The translations under genes and the position numbers were made by a program. DNA of 64,000 nt from the NCBI RefSeq assembly GCF_963921235.1, contig NC_086097.1, positions 1,364,001-1,428,000 of the forward strand, written 5' to 3'. Each line of letters begins with the position of its first letter. Position 1 is the first letter of the stretch. The notes beneath the pieces were generated by a model. It was not told the DNA's origin. It made no database searches and saw nothing but the letters and a program-made list of their open reading frames with translations. The DNA is from Mobula hypostoma. Its lineage: Eukaryota. Shown piece by piece: positions 1 to 14,330 of this stretch.

Positions 1-110
1 TCTGTGGAAGGGACAAGGTTCCCACATTGGCCTGATCAGCCACATCAGAACCCAGAGAAAGGGAAACCAAGCTGCCCATCCTCGGCCTCCAAGGATTGCC
101 TGAGGAGACT
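1..110 (+). mobile_element. Degraded 3' end of an RTE-type LINE
   Basis: tcccacattggcctgatcagccacatcagaaccc encodes SHIGLISHIRT, the typical RTE ORF C-terminus. Confidence 0.5.
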
Positions 111-663
111 TACTGATTGAAGGAAATTGACTCTTCTATTACTACAACCACTGAACTGTTTTGTTTGTTTTTCAAAGAACACATTTTAAAAAATAAAGCA
201 CGTAACAGCTCTTAAACAGAAATATGAATTACACAACATTTAAGCTAATTTACCTGATGAGGTGGTATCTTCTGCAGCTCTAGGCTAGCATGAGAAAATA
301 AAGAAGTGGACTATTGTGGGTATGAATGGATGGGTATAATCACAAAGCAAAAGCTGGTCAGGCCCTAGATATACAAGCATCAGCTTGCATCTTTGCTCCC
401 CAAACTATTGACAATCTGAGCATCTGCTGTTAATAGGAGTAGTGTGCCCTTGTCTTCTATACTGTTACCACCATGTGTCCCCAATGGATGGCTACATTTC
501 CATTCCCATTCTCACTGGATAGGTACTTCTGAACACAGGAGCACAGAGAATATACCACTGACTTCCAACACATACACCACTGGTTACCTACTAAGATTTT
601 AAAATACACTTTGATCAGTTACAATAATGATTTTTTAGAAGCCCAAACAGACAGAGTACGTAC

Positions 664-731
664 TGGGTAATGAGTCAGCACCATCTTGTTCAGGAGAGTT
701 GAAACTGCATAATAGGAACCCGTGTTAATTC
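664..731 (-). CDS. FLVCR2: Internal coding exon (equivalent to exon 4) of an FLVCR-family transporter
   Basis: Not in the ORF track. Read by hand as (G)INTGSYYAVSTLLNKMVLTHYP. Acceptor ttttgttttaattaacag, donor gtacgt, 68 bp, phase 1 to 0. In frame with the 141-bp exon (G|GA = Gly). Confidence 0.87.
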
Positions 732-1204
732 CTGTTAATTAAAACAAAATAGTTAAAGACACTCTCTACACCCATTACTCAGTTAGCTCTACCATACCTC
801 GGACAGAAGTCATGCTAATGGAGGTGCTCAAGCTCAAAATTCATTTAAATACTAGGGCACACAATGTGAAATTAAAGAAATTGAACAAATTGTGTATTTG
901 GGTAATAAAGACAGAAGCTAGGAATAATCAAGGCGCAGAAAAGATTCACAAGGATATGGCCAAGACTGGCAGGCTTGAGTTATGAGAAAACACTGGAGAG
1001 GTGGAAACTGTTTCTCACTGGGGTGAATGAGGCTGGCCGGTGTGCTTACAGTGGGTTAGAAGATCATAAGGCACAGTGATAGGGTACTGCGGAGTCTAAA
1101 GCAAGAGGGCATAGGCTTAGACCATGTGACACAGGAGAAGAATTAGGCCATTTAGCACTCAAGAACTGCAATGGTGCATTCCCATTCTTGGAGCTTGCCG
1201 ATTA

Positions 1205-1567
1205 GTCATAGTCATAGTCATACTTTATTGATCCCGGGGGAAATTGGCTTTCATTACAGATGCACCATAAATAATAAATAGTAATAAAACCATAAACAGT
1301 TAAACAGTAATATGTAAATTATGCCAGGAAATAAGTCCAGGACCAGCCTATTGGCTCAGGGTGTCTGACCCTCCAAGGGAGGAGTTGTAAAGTTTGATGG
1401 CCATAGGCAGAAATGACTTCCTATGACGCTCTGTGTTGCATCTCGGTGGAATGAGTCTCTGGCTGAATGTACTCTTGTGCCCATCCAGTACATTATGTAG
1501 TGGATGGGAGACATTGTCCAAGATGGCATGCAACTTGGACAGCATCCTCTTTTCAGACACCACCGTC
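1205..1567 (-). mobile_element. Rex1/Babar LINE 3' fragment
   Basis: ORF 1348-1563 (HPLHN...RCNTERHRKSFLP) and a (CTATGA)n tail. Near-identical to the 3' end of the copy at 26441-28294. Confidence 0.8.
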
Positions 1568-1569
1568 AG

Positions 1570-2925
1570 GTTAGAAAGTTAAATATGTGGCTCAAGGATT
1601 GGTGTGGGAGAAGTGGGTTTGAATTCATGGGAAATTTGCACTAGTACTGGGGAAGGAGGGAGCTGTACCAATGGGACGGGCTCCACCTGAACTGATGGGA
1701 CCTGGATCCTAGTGAATCGAATAACTAGGGCTTTAAACTAAATAGTAGGAGGGTGGGTTCAACAGATTGGCGAAGTATGGATAAAGTAAAAGAGAAAAGT
1801 GTGGATAAAGGTAAAGAAAAAGCAAAGGACAAAAAAGAGAAAAGTAAGAGTGGAGTAATGAAAAGTGAAGTGCAAAAGAGAAAAAGATTACAAGATTTTA
1901 AAAGCACAATGAGTGTAAGGGCACCTTATCAGAATGCCTGTAGTCAGTGAACTTGTGGCACAAATCAATACATTAGTGATCTTGTAATTTGGGATTCTCT
2001 TGGAAAGAGTGATCAAAGCATAATTCTCACACAATGGAGGGTGCAATAGTTCAATCTAAAACCAGTGTATTATGCTTAAACAACAGAAACTACAATGGGA
2101 TGAGGAAGGATTTGGTTACTGTAGACTGGGAACACAGGTTATATGGTGGGACAGTTGAGGAACAGTGGAAGTCTTTGAAAGAGATATTTCACAGTGTTTA
2201 ACAAAAGTATATTCCAGATAAAAGCAAGAACAGCAAGGGTGGGGAAAGCCAGCCTTGGATAACTAAGGAAATAAAAGGCGGCAACAAACTAAAAGCTTGT
2301 GTGTTGAAAGTCACCAAGAGTAATGGAAAACTGGAAGATTGGGAAGACTTTAAAAAGCAACAAAGAATCACAAAGCAAGCAATAAAGAAAGGGAAGATAG
2401 ATTATGAAAATAAACTGGCACAAAATATAAAATGGATAGTAAAAGTTTTTGTAATTATATTAAGTGGAAAAAGGTGCTAAAGTGAACGCAGGTCCCTTGG
2501 AGGACAAGGAGCAGGAATTGAAATTGGACAATCAGGAAATGGCAGAGGCTTTGAATGACTATTTTGTGTCAGTCTTCACAGTGGAGGACATGCCTGACAT
2601 GTCTAACATGCCAATGAGAGATGTTATGGATGCGATCGGAGGTGAGGACTTTGATACAATAGCTGTCACTAAAGAGGTAGTGCTGAGCAAACTTGTGGGC
2701 CTGAAGGTAGATAAGTCCTCTGAACCTGATGAATGCCTCCCAGGATACTGAAAGAAATGGCAGAAGCTATAGTAGAGGCTTTGGTGATAATTTACCAAAA
2801 TTCTCTGGATCTGAAGATGGTGAATGTCACGACATTGTTCAAAAAAGGATGTAGGCAAAAGACAGGTAACTCTATGCCAATTAGTTTAACGTCTGTAATT
2901 GGGAAAATGCTGTATATTAAAAAAA
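1570..2925 (+). mobile_element. Degraded, internally deleted CR1 LINE
   Basis: End of ORF1 esterase, then ORF2 pieces (EMAEALNDYFVSVFT, LKVDKS). Confidence 0.7.
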
Positions 2926-4926
2926 AGTGAGGTTGTGCCCAAAGATTCAATGTCCATTCAGGAATCGGATGGCAGAGGGGAAGAAGCTGTTTTAGAATCG
3001 CTGAGTGTATGCCTTCAGGTTTCTGTACCTCCTACCTAACAGTAACAGTGAGAATAGCTTGCGGAGATTTGGTATATCATCCAAGACTCTGACAAATTTC
3101 TACAGATATACGGTGGAGTTAAGGGTTCAGAATTACCAGAGCAGCAGATTTCCTTCCATGAAGGCAGTCTGATAACCCTACGGTATTGGAATTGGTTTAT
3201 CATTATCACATGTACCAAGATAAAGTCAAAAGTTTGTCTTGCATAGTGTTCATACAGATCAGTTCATTATTCAGTGCATTGAGGTATAATAAAGTAAAAC
3301 GATTAACAGAAGTCGGAATAAAGTGCAATAGCTACAGACATTAAAGTGCAAGGTCATAACAAAGTAGAATGTGAGGTCAAGGTGCACCTTATTGCGGAAG
3401 AGAGGGAACTGTTCAATAGACTTATTACAGTGGGGGAGAGGCTGAGCTCGAGCCTGGCTGCGTGAGTTTCCAGGCTTTTGAGAGAATTTCAGAGAATGTC
3501 TGGGAGGGTGGGTCTCTGATTGAGCTAGCTGAATTGCCGAGGCAGTGAGAAGTTCAGACCAAGTCCATTCAAGGGAGGCTGATTTCCATAATGTGCTGAT
3601 CCGAGCCTACAACTCTCTACCTTGGTCTTATTCACTTTGCATTTGAGCTTCTTTATTTTACCTGAATTTTAATTCCACAGCTGACTTTGTGCAATTTGAA
3701 CCCGTGCCTTGTAGACTGGTAGTTTTTTGTGAAGAATCGGACAAGCAGTGCAGGCAAAGGTTATTGAGTTGCATTATGTGACTTCTGAAAACCTGTGGTA
3801 ACCACGTGCCTGCAATAATCACTACTTCTAACAGCAAGGCTGGCAACTTGTTCGCAATCTGGTTAGTGAAGTGGATGAATGGTTGACCAATTGATACATG
3901 GGATAAATATGTCCAAGAGCCAATTAGAAAACAAAAGCTAGGAAATTAAAACATTGGGAAGACAGGTTTTATTCATTGCAGAAGGTACATGAGATAGCAA
4001 TATTGAAACCACTTTGTGCTGCGTGGGATGATGTCACTTGCTTACATGGGAAAGCCTTGCAGTCAGATGGCTTCTCCCATCAGTCAGCTGTAAGCAGATC
4101 ACTGGTCAGGGGTTAACTTGATACGAGAAACCCAGCCGCCTGACCAGTTTCAACTGGTTTGTGTCAGAAACGTATTTATAGGGAGATTTTTGGAAGAGCA
4201 CTATGGAGTGTACTGGCAATGTAGAGACTGAAGAACAGGAGCTTGGTGAGAGTACACTATGTGCAACAAAACACAAGAGTTAAATATCTGTCAGGAGTCA
4301 CAAGAACAGGATTTCCTACACATCCCTAACTGTCCTTTGAAAGAAGTGAGTTGCCAGGCTGTTTCAGAAGGCATTTCTGTGGGTCTGGAAACACACATAG
4401 GGCAGACTCGGTAAGGACATCTAGTACTTACATTTTTTTAAAAAAACTGGCCTGGTGCGTTCATGATCACCATTGTGCATATAGACCACTTCGCTCTCAA
4501 ATCTATTTAATAACAAATTTGATTCTCAAGGTGTCATTGTGAAATTCATTTTTAGGTCGATGGTCCAGCCCTCAGTTTACTAATAACACAACTGTACTGT
4601 AACTATGTCATGGTACTGTCAATGTTTCAGACCTCCCAACCTGCAAAAACTCATTTCAGGGAGGTAGCACCCCCGCCCCCCACAACCCCATATTTCCCCC
4701 CCCCCGCCCCCTGTCAACCTCCAAGGATGTATGTAATACTTTGCTTAGTGATTTTGTCTAATCTGTAAACCAAGTTGGGTATCTGCAGCAAATGTGACAT
4801 TAAAATATGTACTTATATTATTATGTTTATTCTATTACAACCTTAAGCAAGTCTACAGGGAGTTTTGCCTCATCACGTAGGACATCAATGGCGTAGCTCC
4901 TTGGCAGCCAGCCAGCTAGTTTAAAT

Positions 4927-6072
4927 CCGGGGTCCCCAACCTTTTTAGCACCGCGGACCGGTTTAATATTGACAATATTATTGCAGACTGGCCGCCCGAG
5001 GGGGGTGGGGGGCTAATCACAACCGGAATATAGGTGACGAGTCAACTATGTCACTTGTAAGTAGCTAATACACTCAATTTCATTTCTAAAGGGGTTTATC
5101 TAACGAATTTAATATTAAACACACAGCGCATATTTTCCTCGCATGAATGTAGTGATAAATCCATTATAACAGTGGTCCCAAACCTCCGGGCTGCGAAGAA
5201 TGCAGTGGTACAGCAGTAGCCAGAATGCACCCAGCACATCTTTAAGAAAAAAGCCGAAGTAAACAAGTTAATTGATTAGGTGCCGCCCGGCATGTAAATG
5301 TCGGCCCAGATCAGAGACTATGCAATCAGCAATCGCCTCTGATCTGCGCCAACATTTACGTGCCGTGCGGCACCTAATTAACTACCTTGTTTATTTCAGC
5401 TATTTTCTTAAAGATATGCAGTGCATTCCGGCCACTGCTGTATTCTTTGCGGCCTGGAGGTTGGGAACAACTGAATTATAAGTCACTTGTACTGTAAGTC
5501 AATAGCATCATAACATTTTAAGTAAATTTGGATACTAAACACACAGCGCATATTTTCCTCGTATGAACATATAAAATTATTGCAACACACCAATATCGCT
5601 GAATCAGTGGGAGCCCTGGGCTTGTTTTCCTGCAACAACACGGTCCTATCGAGGGGTGATGGGAGACAGCAATACTCGAAGGAGGTTCCTTATGTCCAGT
5701 CTATTCCGCAATTTAGTTTTCGTTGCATTCATTGCAAAGATATGTTGCAAATGGAAGCAACGTTTTCAGTGCTTTCGTGGCTATCTCAGAATATTCAGCC
5801 TTGACTTTGATCCAGAATGCCGGCAGAGATGTTATGTCAAAACATACTTTTCAGCCCACCGTCATTTGCAAGCTCGAGGAGTTGATCTTTTTCCTGCGCT
5901 GACATGGATGATTCATGGTCACGGACCCATTCCTTTGCACGTCTTGGGATGACCTCACGTGCGTTGAAATTCAACAGTGCGTGACAGGGAATGAGGAAAG
6001 GTGCAGCTGATTCATATCGTTTCATATCGCCAAATCATATTGTTCCTCGCGGCCCGGTGGTTGGGGACCACT
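4927..6072. mobile_element. Non-autonomous hAT-Charlie (MER1/Charlie3-like) DNA transposon
   Basis: TIRs ccggggtccccaacc / ggttggggaccact. Minus-strand remnant of the hAT dimerisation domain (WIKVKAEYSEIATKALKTLLPF...GKQAQGSH*). TSD not preserved. Confidence 0.8.
5170..5473. mobile_element. Palindromic hAT-type MITE nested in the MER1-like element
   Basis: TIRs cagtggtcccaaacc / ggttgggaacaactg, 8-bp TSD cattataa/aattataa, long internal inverted repeat. Confidence 0.8.
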
Positions 6073-6171
6073 CTTAGCATGAAGAGAGACCAATCAGGAT
6101 GCTCGCTCGCTCTCCCTCTCAAAAAAATCTATTTCCAGGATATTATCTATTCCTTTTTAAATTTTGTATGT

Positions 6172-8270
6172 TTAGAAACATAGAAAACCTACAGCACAAT
6201 ACAGGCTCTTCAGCCCACAAAGTTCTGCCAAGCATGTCCCTACCTTAGAAATGACTAGGGTTACCTATAGCCCTCTATTTTTCTAAGCTCCATGTACCTA
6301 TCCAAAAATCTCTTAAAAGACCCTATCGTATCCGCCTCCACCACCATCGCCGGCAGCCCATTCCACGCACTCACCACTCTCTGTGTAAAAAACTTACCCC
6401 TGACATCTCCTCTGTACCTACTCCCCAGCACCTTAAACCTGTGCCCTCTTGTGGCAACCATTTCAGCCCTGGGAAAAAGCCTCTGACTATCCACACGATC
6501 AATGCCTCTCATCACCTTGTACACCTCCATCAAGTCACCTCTCATCCTCCGTCGCTCCACGAGAAAAGGCAGAGTTCACTCAACCTGTTAACATAAGGCA
6601 TGCTCCCAATCCAGGCAACATCCTTGTAAATCTCCTCTGCACCCTTTCTATGGTTTCCACGGCCTTCCATAGTGAGGTGACCAGAACTGAGCACAATACT
6701 TCAAGTGGGGTCTGACCAGGTTCCTATATAGCTGCAACATTACCTCTAGGCCCTTAAAGTTAATCGCACGATTGATGAAGGCCAATGCACCGTATGCCTT
6801 CTTAACCACACAGTCAACCTGCGCAGCTGTTTTGAGTGTCCTATAGACTCGGACCCCTATATCCCTCTGATTCTCCACACTGCCAAGTGTCTTGCCATTA
6901 ATGCTATATTCTGCCATCATATTTGACCTACCAAAATGAACCACCTCACACTTATCTGGGTTGAACTCCATCTGCCACTTCTCAGGCCAGTTTTGCATCC
7001 TATCAATGTCCCGCTGCAACCTCTGACAGCCCTCCACACTATCCACAACACCCCCAACCCTTATGTCATCTTCAAATTTACTAACCCATCCCTCCACTTC
7101 CTCATCCAGATAATTTTAAAAAATCACAAAGAATTGGGGTCCGAGAACAGATCCCTGAGGCACAACACTGGTCACCAACCTCCATGCAGAATATGACCCG
7201 TCTACAACCACTCCACAAAGCAATGTCCCCTTGGATCCCATGCCTCCTTACTTTCTCAATAAGCCTTGCAAGGGGTGCCTTATCAAATGCCTTGCTAAAA
7301 TCCATATACACTACATCTATGGCTCTACCTTCACAATGTGTTTAGTCACGTCCTCAAAAAATTCAATCAAGCTCGTAAGGCATGACCCGCCTTTGACAAA
7401 GCCATGGTGACTATTCCTAATCATATTATGCCTCTCCAAATGTTCATAAATCCTGCCTTTCAGGATCTTCTCCATCAACTTACCAACCACTGAAGTAAGA
7501 CTCACTGGTCTATAATTTCCTGGGCTATCCCTAATCCCTTTCTTAAATAAGGGAACAACATCCACAACCCTCTAATCCTCCGGAACCTCTCCCATCTTCA
7601 TTGATGATGCAAAGATCATTGCCAGAGGCTCAGCAATCTCTTCCCTCACTTCCCACAGTAGCCTGGGGTACAACCCGTCCGGTCCCAGTGACTTATCCAT
7701 CTTGATGCTTTCCAAAAGCTCCAACACATCCTCTTCCTTAACATCTATATACTCAACCCTTTCAGTCCGCTGCAAGTCATCCCTACAATTGCCAAGACCC
7801 TTCTCTGTAGTGAATATTGAAGCAAAGCATTCATTAAGTACCTCCACCATCTCCTCCGGTTCCATACACACTTTCCCACTGTCACACTTGATAGGTTCTA
7901 TTCTCTCACGCCTTATCCTCTTTCTCTTCACATACTTGTAGAATGCCTTACGGTTTTCTTTAATCCTGTCCGCCAAGGCCTTCTCATGGCCCCTTCTGGC
8001 TCTCCTAACTTCTTTCTTAAACTCCTTCCTGCTAGCCTTATAATCTTCTAGATCTCTATCATTACCTAGTTTTTCAAATCTTTCATAAGCTCTTCTTTTC
8101 TTCTTGACTAGATTTACAACAGCTTTTGTACACCATGGTTCCTGTACCCTACCATCCTTTCCCTGTCTCATTGGAACGTACCTGTGCAGAATCCCACACA
8201 AATATCCCCTGAGCATTTGCCACATTTCTTCTGTACGTTTCCTTGAGGACATCTGTTTCCAATTTATGCC
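6172..8270 (-). mobile_element. 5'-truncated CR1 LINE (ORF2 RT, frameshifted)
   Basis: ORFs with [35 protein letters not shown], and a CR1 3' tail. Confidence 0.9.
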
Positions 8271-8629
8271 TCCATTTCTAATGCCTCCCCAATTTCTTCA
8301 GCTACCTCTCAGAACCGTGGGGTGTAGTCCATTTGGTCCAAGTGACTTACTTACCTTCAGACCTTGCACGCTCCCAAGCACCTTCTCTTTAGTATAGGAA
8401 TAATGCTCACTTCTGCTCTCTGACACTCTCAAACTTCTGGTATACAGCTAGTGTCTTCCATATTGAAGACTAATGCAAAACACTTAAATTCCTTCAACAT
8501 ATCAAGCTATTGTTAGGAAGTTTCCTGTCTACAGTTAGATGAATGAAGTAAAAAGCAATAACTACTGAAAGATTATCTTCAGAATTAGATTTTCATCCTG
8601 AAGTGCATGGACGTGAAGACCTACAGGGG

Positions 8630-8870
8630 AGGTGTTTTTACAGCACCAGTAATTGCGGTTCAATTCCAGCCACTGTCTGTCAGGAGAATGCACCTCCTCC
8701 TCCTCCTCCCCATGACTCAATGGGTTTCCTCCCACATTCCTTACAGCTCACTAACCCTTCCTTACGGATTAGTAAGGGTTAGTGAGCTGTAGGCACACTA
8801 TGAAGACTGCCCCCAGCATATCATTGAACTGTTCTAGTCTTTTATGCAAACTACACATTTTACAGGGTGA
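8630..8870 (+). mobile_element. Degraded tRNA-derived (V-SINE/HE1-like) SINE
   Basis: B-box-like ggttcaattcc followed by a V-domain-like ctgtctgt...gggtttcctcccacattcc. Confidence 0.5.
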
Positions 8871-10840
8871 TTCCATAAGACCATAAGACATATGAGCAAA
8901 ATTAGGCCATTTGGCCAATTGAGTCTGCTCCGCCATTCAACCATGGCTGATCCTTTTTCCCCACCTCAGCCCCACTCCCCAGCCTTCTCCCCGTAACTTT
9001 TGATGTCGTGTCCATTCAAGAACCTGTCAAGCTCTGCCTTAAATACATCCAATGACCTGGCCTCCACAGGTGCCTGTGGTAACAATTTCCACAAATTCAC
9101 CACCCTCTGGCTAAAGAAATTTCTCCACATCTGTTTTAAATGGATGCCCATCTATCCTGAGGCTGTGCCCTTTTCTCCTAGACTTCCCCACCATGCAAAA
9201 CATCCTTTCCACAACTACACTGTCTATGCCTTTCAACATTCAAAAGGTTTCAATGAAATCCTCCCCATATCCTTCAAAATTCCAGCAAGTACAGACGCAG
9301 AGCCATCAAACATTCCTTGCATGATAACCCTTTCATTCCCGGAATCATCCTTGTGAACCTCCTCTGGACCCTCTCCAATGCCAGTACATGTTTTCTTTGA
9401 TGAGGAGCCCAAAACTGTTCATATTACTCAAGTTGAGGCTTCACCAGTGCCTTACAAAGCCTCAGCATCACATCCCTGCTCTTGAAATGAATGCCAACAT
9501 TGCTTTGCCTTTCTCACCATTGACCCAACCTGCAAGTTAATCTTTTGGGAATCCTGCACAAAAACCCCGAAGTCCCTTTGTATCATTCCTGTAATCCCAT
9601 GGGCTCTTAACTTGGTAAGCAGCCTCACGTGTGGCACCTTGTCAACAACCTGAAAGTCTAAATATACAACGTCACTGCATCCCCCTTTATCTAGCCCATG
9701 CAATTTCCTCAAAGAATTCCAACCAGTTTGTCAGGCAAGATTTTCCCTGAAAGAAACCATGCTATCTTGTCCTGTGTCACCATGTATTCCATAACCTCAT
9801 CCTTAACAATGGACTCCAACATCTTCCCAACCACTGAGGTCAGGCTAACTGGTCAATAATCTCCTTTCTGCTGCCTTCCTCCTTTCTTAAAGAGTGGAGT
9901 GACATTTTTAATTTTCCAGTCCTCTGACCATGTCAGAGTCCAATGATTTTTAAAAGATCATTACTGATGCCTCCACAATCTCTACTGCTACCGCTTTCAG
10001 ACCCTAGGGTACAGTTCATCTGGCCTGGGTGACCTATGTACCCATTGGTCTTTCAGCTTTTTGAGCACCTTCTCTCTTGTAATAGTAACTGCACCCACTT
10101 CCCTTCCCTCAATCCCTTCAACATCTGATATACTGCTAGTGTCTTCCATGGTGAAGACTGATGCAAAATATTCATTGAGTTCATCAGCCATCCCATTGGC
10201 ACCCATCATTATTTCTCCAGCCTCATTTTCTAACGGTCCTATATCCACTCTCATCTCTCTTTTATTTATTTATTTTTTAACATTCTTGAAATAGCTTTTA
10301 CTGTCCACTTTGATATTGTTTGCAAACTTGCTTTTACATTTCATCTTTTCCTCCTAATGATTCTTTTAGATACTCTCTGTAGAGTTTCAAAAGCTTCCCA
10401 ATCCCCTGTCTTTCTACTAATTTTTGCTTTGTTGTATGTCCTCTCTTTTGCTTTTACAATAGCTTTGACTTCCTTTGTTTGCCACGGTTGTACTATTTTG
10501 CCATTTGAGTATTTCTTCATTTTTGGAATACATCTATTCTGCGCCTTCTTCATTTTTCCCAGAAACACACGCCATTGCTGCTCTGCTGTCATCCCTGCCA
10601 GCTTCTCCTTCCAATTTACTTTGGCCAACTCCTCTCTCAAAGCACTGCAATTTCCTTTACTCCACTGAAATACTGCTACATCAGACTTTACTTTCTGTAT
10701 CAAATTTCAAGTTGAATGCATTAGCGGTGGGCCAATTGATTTGAAGAGAGAAGGAGCTTTGAACAGTCAGGGAGAAAAGTTTAAGAAAAAGGAGTGTTTT
10801 GCGGGGTTCGGTGCATTAGCGGTGGATCTATCAATTGAGA

Positions 10841-10910
10841 TGAGTGAGAGTGAGAGTGAGAGTGAGAGAGAGAGAGAGAATGAATGAATATATATATATA
10901 TATATATATA
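10841..10910. repeat. Compound microsatellite (GAGTGA)n-(GA)n-(TA)n
   Basis: Directly visible. Confidence 0.95.
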
Positions 10911-13900
10911 GATTCGCACAGGTCGGGGAGAAGTGTGCAGACGCTGAGAAAGCTCTGAAGTAACAGAGGGACTTGTCTAGCAGGGCGGTGGTCGGAGTAG
11001 TGTAAGTCGGAGTAGTAGGGCTTTGGTCCATCGGGGCTTCGGCGAGGACGGGCCAAGGTGAGGTAGGTTACTCTTGTCCCCCGCCCCTCTAACAAGAGTA
11101 GTGGGTATGACTACAAGGCCAATTTACTATTCTAGGTGTCAGATGTGGGATGTCTGGGAGAGTTCCAGCCTCCCTGATAGTCACATCTGCGCCAGGTGCA
11201 TCAAGCTGCAGCTCCTTAGAAACCAAGTTAGGGAACTGGAGCTGCAGCTTGATGACCTTCGACTTGTGAGGGAGAGTGAGGAGGTGACAGACAGGAGCGA
11301 CAGGCAGGTAGTCACCCCGGGGCCAAAGGAGACAGAAAAGTGGGTGACCGTTAGATAGTGGAGAGCACACCTGTGGCTATCCCCCTTAACAATAAGCACT
11401 CCATTTTGAGTGCTGTTGGAGGTGGAAACAATAGTGGCCATGTCTTTGGCAATGCGTCTGGCCCTGTGGCTCAGAAGGGTAGGGAATGGAAGTGGATGGT
11501 ACCAGTAATAAGAGACTCTATTGTTAGAGGGTTAAATAGGCAATTCTGTGGGCGTGAAAAAGAAACAAGGACGGTAGTTTGCCTCCTAAGTAATGTTTCT
11601 GAGCACATCCACAATACCCTGAAATGGGGGGTGAGCTGTCAGAGGTTATGGTACATATTGGTACCAATGACGTAGGTAGAAAAAGAATGGAGGTCCTGAG
11701 AATACAGGGAGTTAGGAAGGAAGCTGAGAAGCAGGACCTCAGAGGTAGTAATCTACGGATTACTACTTGTGCCACGCGACATTGAGTATAGGAATAGAAT
11801 GAGGTGGAAGATAAATGTGTGGCTGAGAGATTGGAGCAGGGGGGTAGGGATTCAGAATTTTGGATCACTGGGACCTCCCTTGGGGCAGGTGTGACCTGTA
11901 CAAAAAGGATCCAAGGGGACCAATATTCTGGCAGGAGGTTTGCTAATGCTATTGGGGAGGGTTTAAACTAGGTTTGTAGGGGGTGGGGAACCGAAGTGAA
12001 GAGGCAGAGGATGGGGAGGTTGGAGCACAAGCAGAGACAGCTTGTAGGGAGTTTGTGAGGACGGATAGGCAGGTGTTAGAGCAAAGAAGCACTCAGCCAG
12101 GTGGTTTGAGATGTGTCTATTTTAATGCAAGGAGTATCATAAACATTGCAGATTAACTTAGAACAGGGATCAATAGGTGGAACTATGACGTTGTGGCCAT
12201 TACAGAGACTTGGATGTCTCAGGAGCAGGAATGGCTGCTGAGTGTGCCGGGCTTTAGATGTTTCAAAGAGAACAGAGAGGGAGGCAAAAGAGGTGTGGGC
12301 ATGGCATTGCTAATTAGGGACAGTGTCACGGCTGCAGAAAAGGAGGAAGTTATGGAGGGATTGTCTACTGAGTCAGTGTGGGTGGAAGTCAGAAACAGGA
12401 AAGGGGCAATAACTCTACTGGGTGTTTTTTTATAGACCCCCCAGTAGTAACAGGGATATCAAGGAGCAGATAGGGAGACAGATTCTGAAATGTTTCAATA
12501 ATAATAGGGTTGTTGTGATGGGAGATATTAACTTTCCTAATATTGATTGGCATCTCCTTAGTGCAGGGGGTTTAGATGGGGTGGAGTTTGTTCGGTGTGT
12601 TCAGGAAGGTTTCCTGATGCAATATGTAGATGAGCCAACTAGAGGGGAGGTTGTGCTTGATCTAGAATTGGGAAATGAACCTGGTCAGGTGTCAGATCTC
12701 TCTGTGGGACAGCATTTTGGAGGTAGTGACCACAACTCTACCTCTTTCACCATAGCACTGGAGAGCGATAGGAGCAGACAATTTGAGAAAATATTTGATT
12801 GGAATAGGGGGAAATATGATGCTATTAGGCAGGAACTTGGGAGCACAAACTGGGATCAAATGTTCTCAGGGAAATGCACACAGAAATGTGGCAAACGTTC
12901 AGAAAACATTTGCATGGAGTTCTGCATGGGTATGTTCCATTGAGGTAGGGAAAGACGGTAGGATTAAAGAACTGCAGTGGACAAAAGATGTAGAAAATCT
13001 AGTTAAGAAGAAAGGAAAAGCTTACGAAAGGTTCATGAAACAAGGTACTGTTAGAGCTCTAGAAAATTACAAGGTTACTAGGAAGGAGCTTAAGAATGGA
13101 ATTAGGTGAGCCAGAAGGGGCCATGAGAAGGCCCTGGTGAGCAGGATTAAGGAAAATCTCAAGGCATTCTATAAATACGAGAAGAGCAAGAGGATAAGAC
13201 GTGTGAGAAAAGGACCAATCAGGTGTGATAGTGGAAACGTGTGCATGGAGTTGGAGGAGGCAGCGGAGGTACTTAATGAATACTTTGCTTCAGTATTCAC
13301 CGGGGAAAAGACTTTGGTAATTGTGGGGATGACTTACAGTGGACTGAAACGCTTGAGCATATAGACAATAAGAAAGAGAATTAAGTTAGATAAATCACCG
13401 GGACTGGATGAGATATATCCCAGGCTACTGTGGAAAGTGAGGGAGGAGATTGACAAGCCTTTTGCGTCATCTATGGGGATGTGAGAAGTACAGGAGGGTT
13501 GGAGGGTTGGAGGGTTGAAAATGTTGTTTCCTTGTTCGAGAAAGGGAGTAAAAAATAACCCAGGAAATCGTAGATCAATGAGTCGGACTTCAGTGGTGGG
13601 CAAGTTGTTAGAGAAGATCCTGAGAGGCAAGATTTATGAGCATTTGGAGAGACATAGTCTGATTAGGGATAGTCAGCATGGCTTTGTCAAGGGTAGGTCG
13701 TGCCTTACGAGCCTGATTGAATTCTTTGAGGATGTAACAAAACTCGTTGATGAAAGCAGAGCACGGGATGTAGTGTATATGGATTTCAGTAAGGCATTTG
13801 ATAAGATTCCCCATGCAAGACCCCTTCAGAAGGTAAGGAGGCATGAGATCCAAGGGGACATTGCTTTGTGGATCCAGAATTGGCTTGCCCACAGAAGGTA

Positions 13901-14176
13901 AAGGGTGTTTGTAGATGGTTCATTTTCTGCATGGAGGTCAGTGACCAGTGGTGTTTTGCAGGGATCTGTTCTGGGACCCCTCCTCTTTGTGATTTTTATA
14001 AATGACCTGGATGAAGAAGTAGAAGGGTGGGTTAGTAAGTTTGCTGATGACACAAAGGTTGGGGGTGTTGTGGATAGTGTGGAGGATTGTACAGTGGGAC
14101 ATCAATAGGATGCAGAACTGAGTTGAGAAGTGGCAGATGGACTTCAACGCAGATAAGTGTGAAGTGGTTCATTTTA

Positions 14177-14330
14177 AACACAAGATAATCTGCAGATGCT
14201 GGGATCAAAGCAACACTCACAGCACGCTTGAGGAACTCAGCAGGTCGGGCAGCATCTGTGGAAACGATGAGTCAATGTTTCGGGCCGGAACCCTTCGTCA
14301 GGACTGAACAAAGAAGGAGGGGGAAGGATA
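14177..14330 (-). mobile_element. Penelope-like terminal-repeat fragment with hammerhead motif, inserted in CR1
   Basis: Minus strand 14270-14305 reads agtc-CTGACGA-agggttccggccc-GAAA-catt-gact. Confidence 0.7.

Noticed and set aside
3658..3846. Minus-strand VVIIAG peptide resembling the next FLVCR2 exon
   Set aside because: It lies on the wrong side of the 68-bp exon and the flanking residues do not match.
4625..4926. Possible further DNA transposon flanking the first hAT element (continuing at 6073-6170)
   Set aside because: It looks repeat-like but I could not define TIRs or a TSD.
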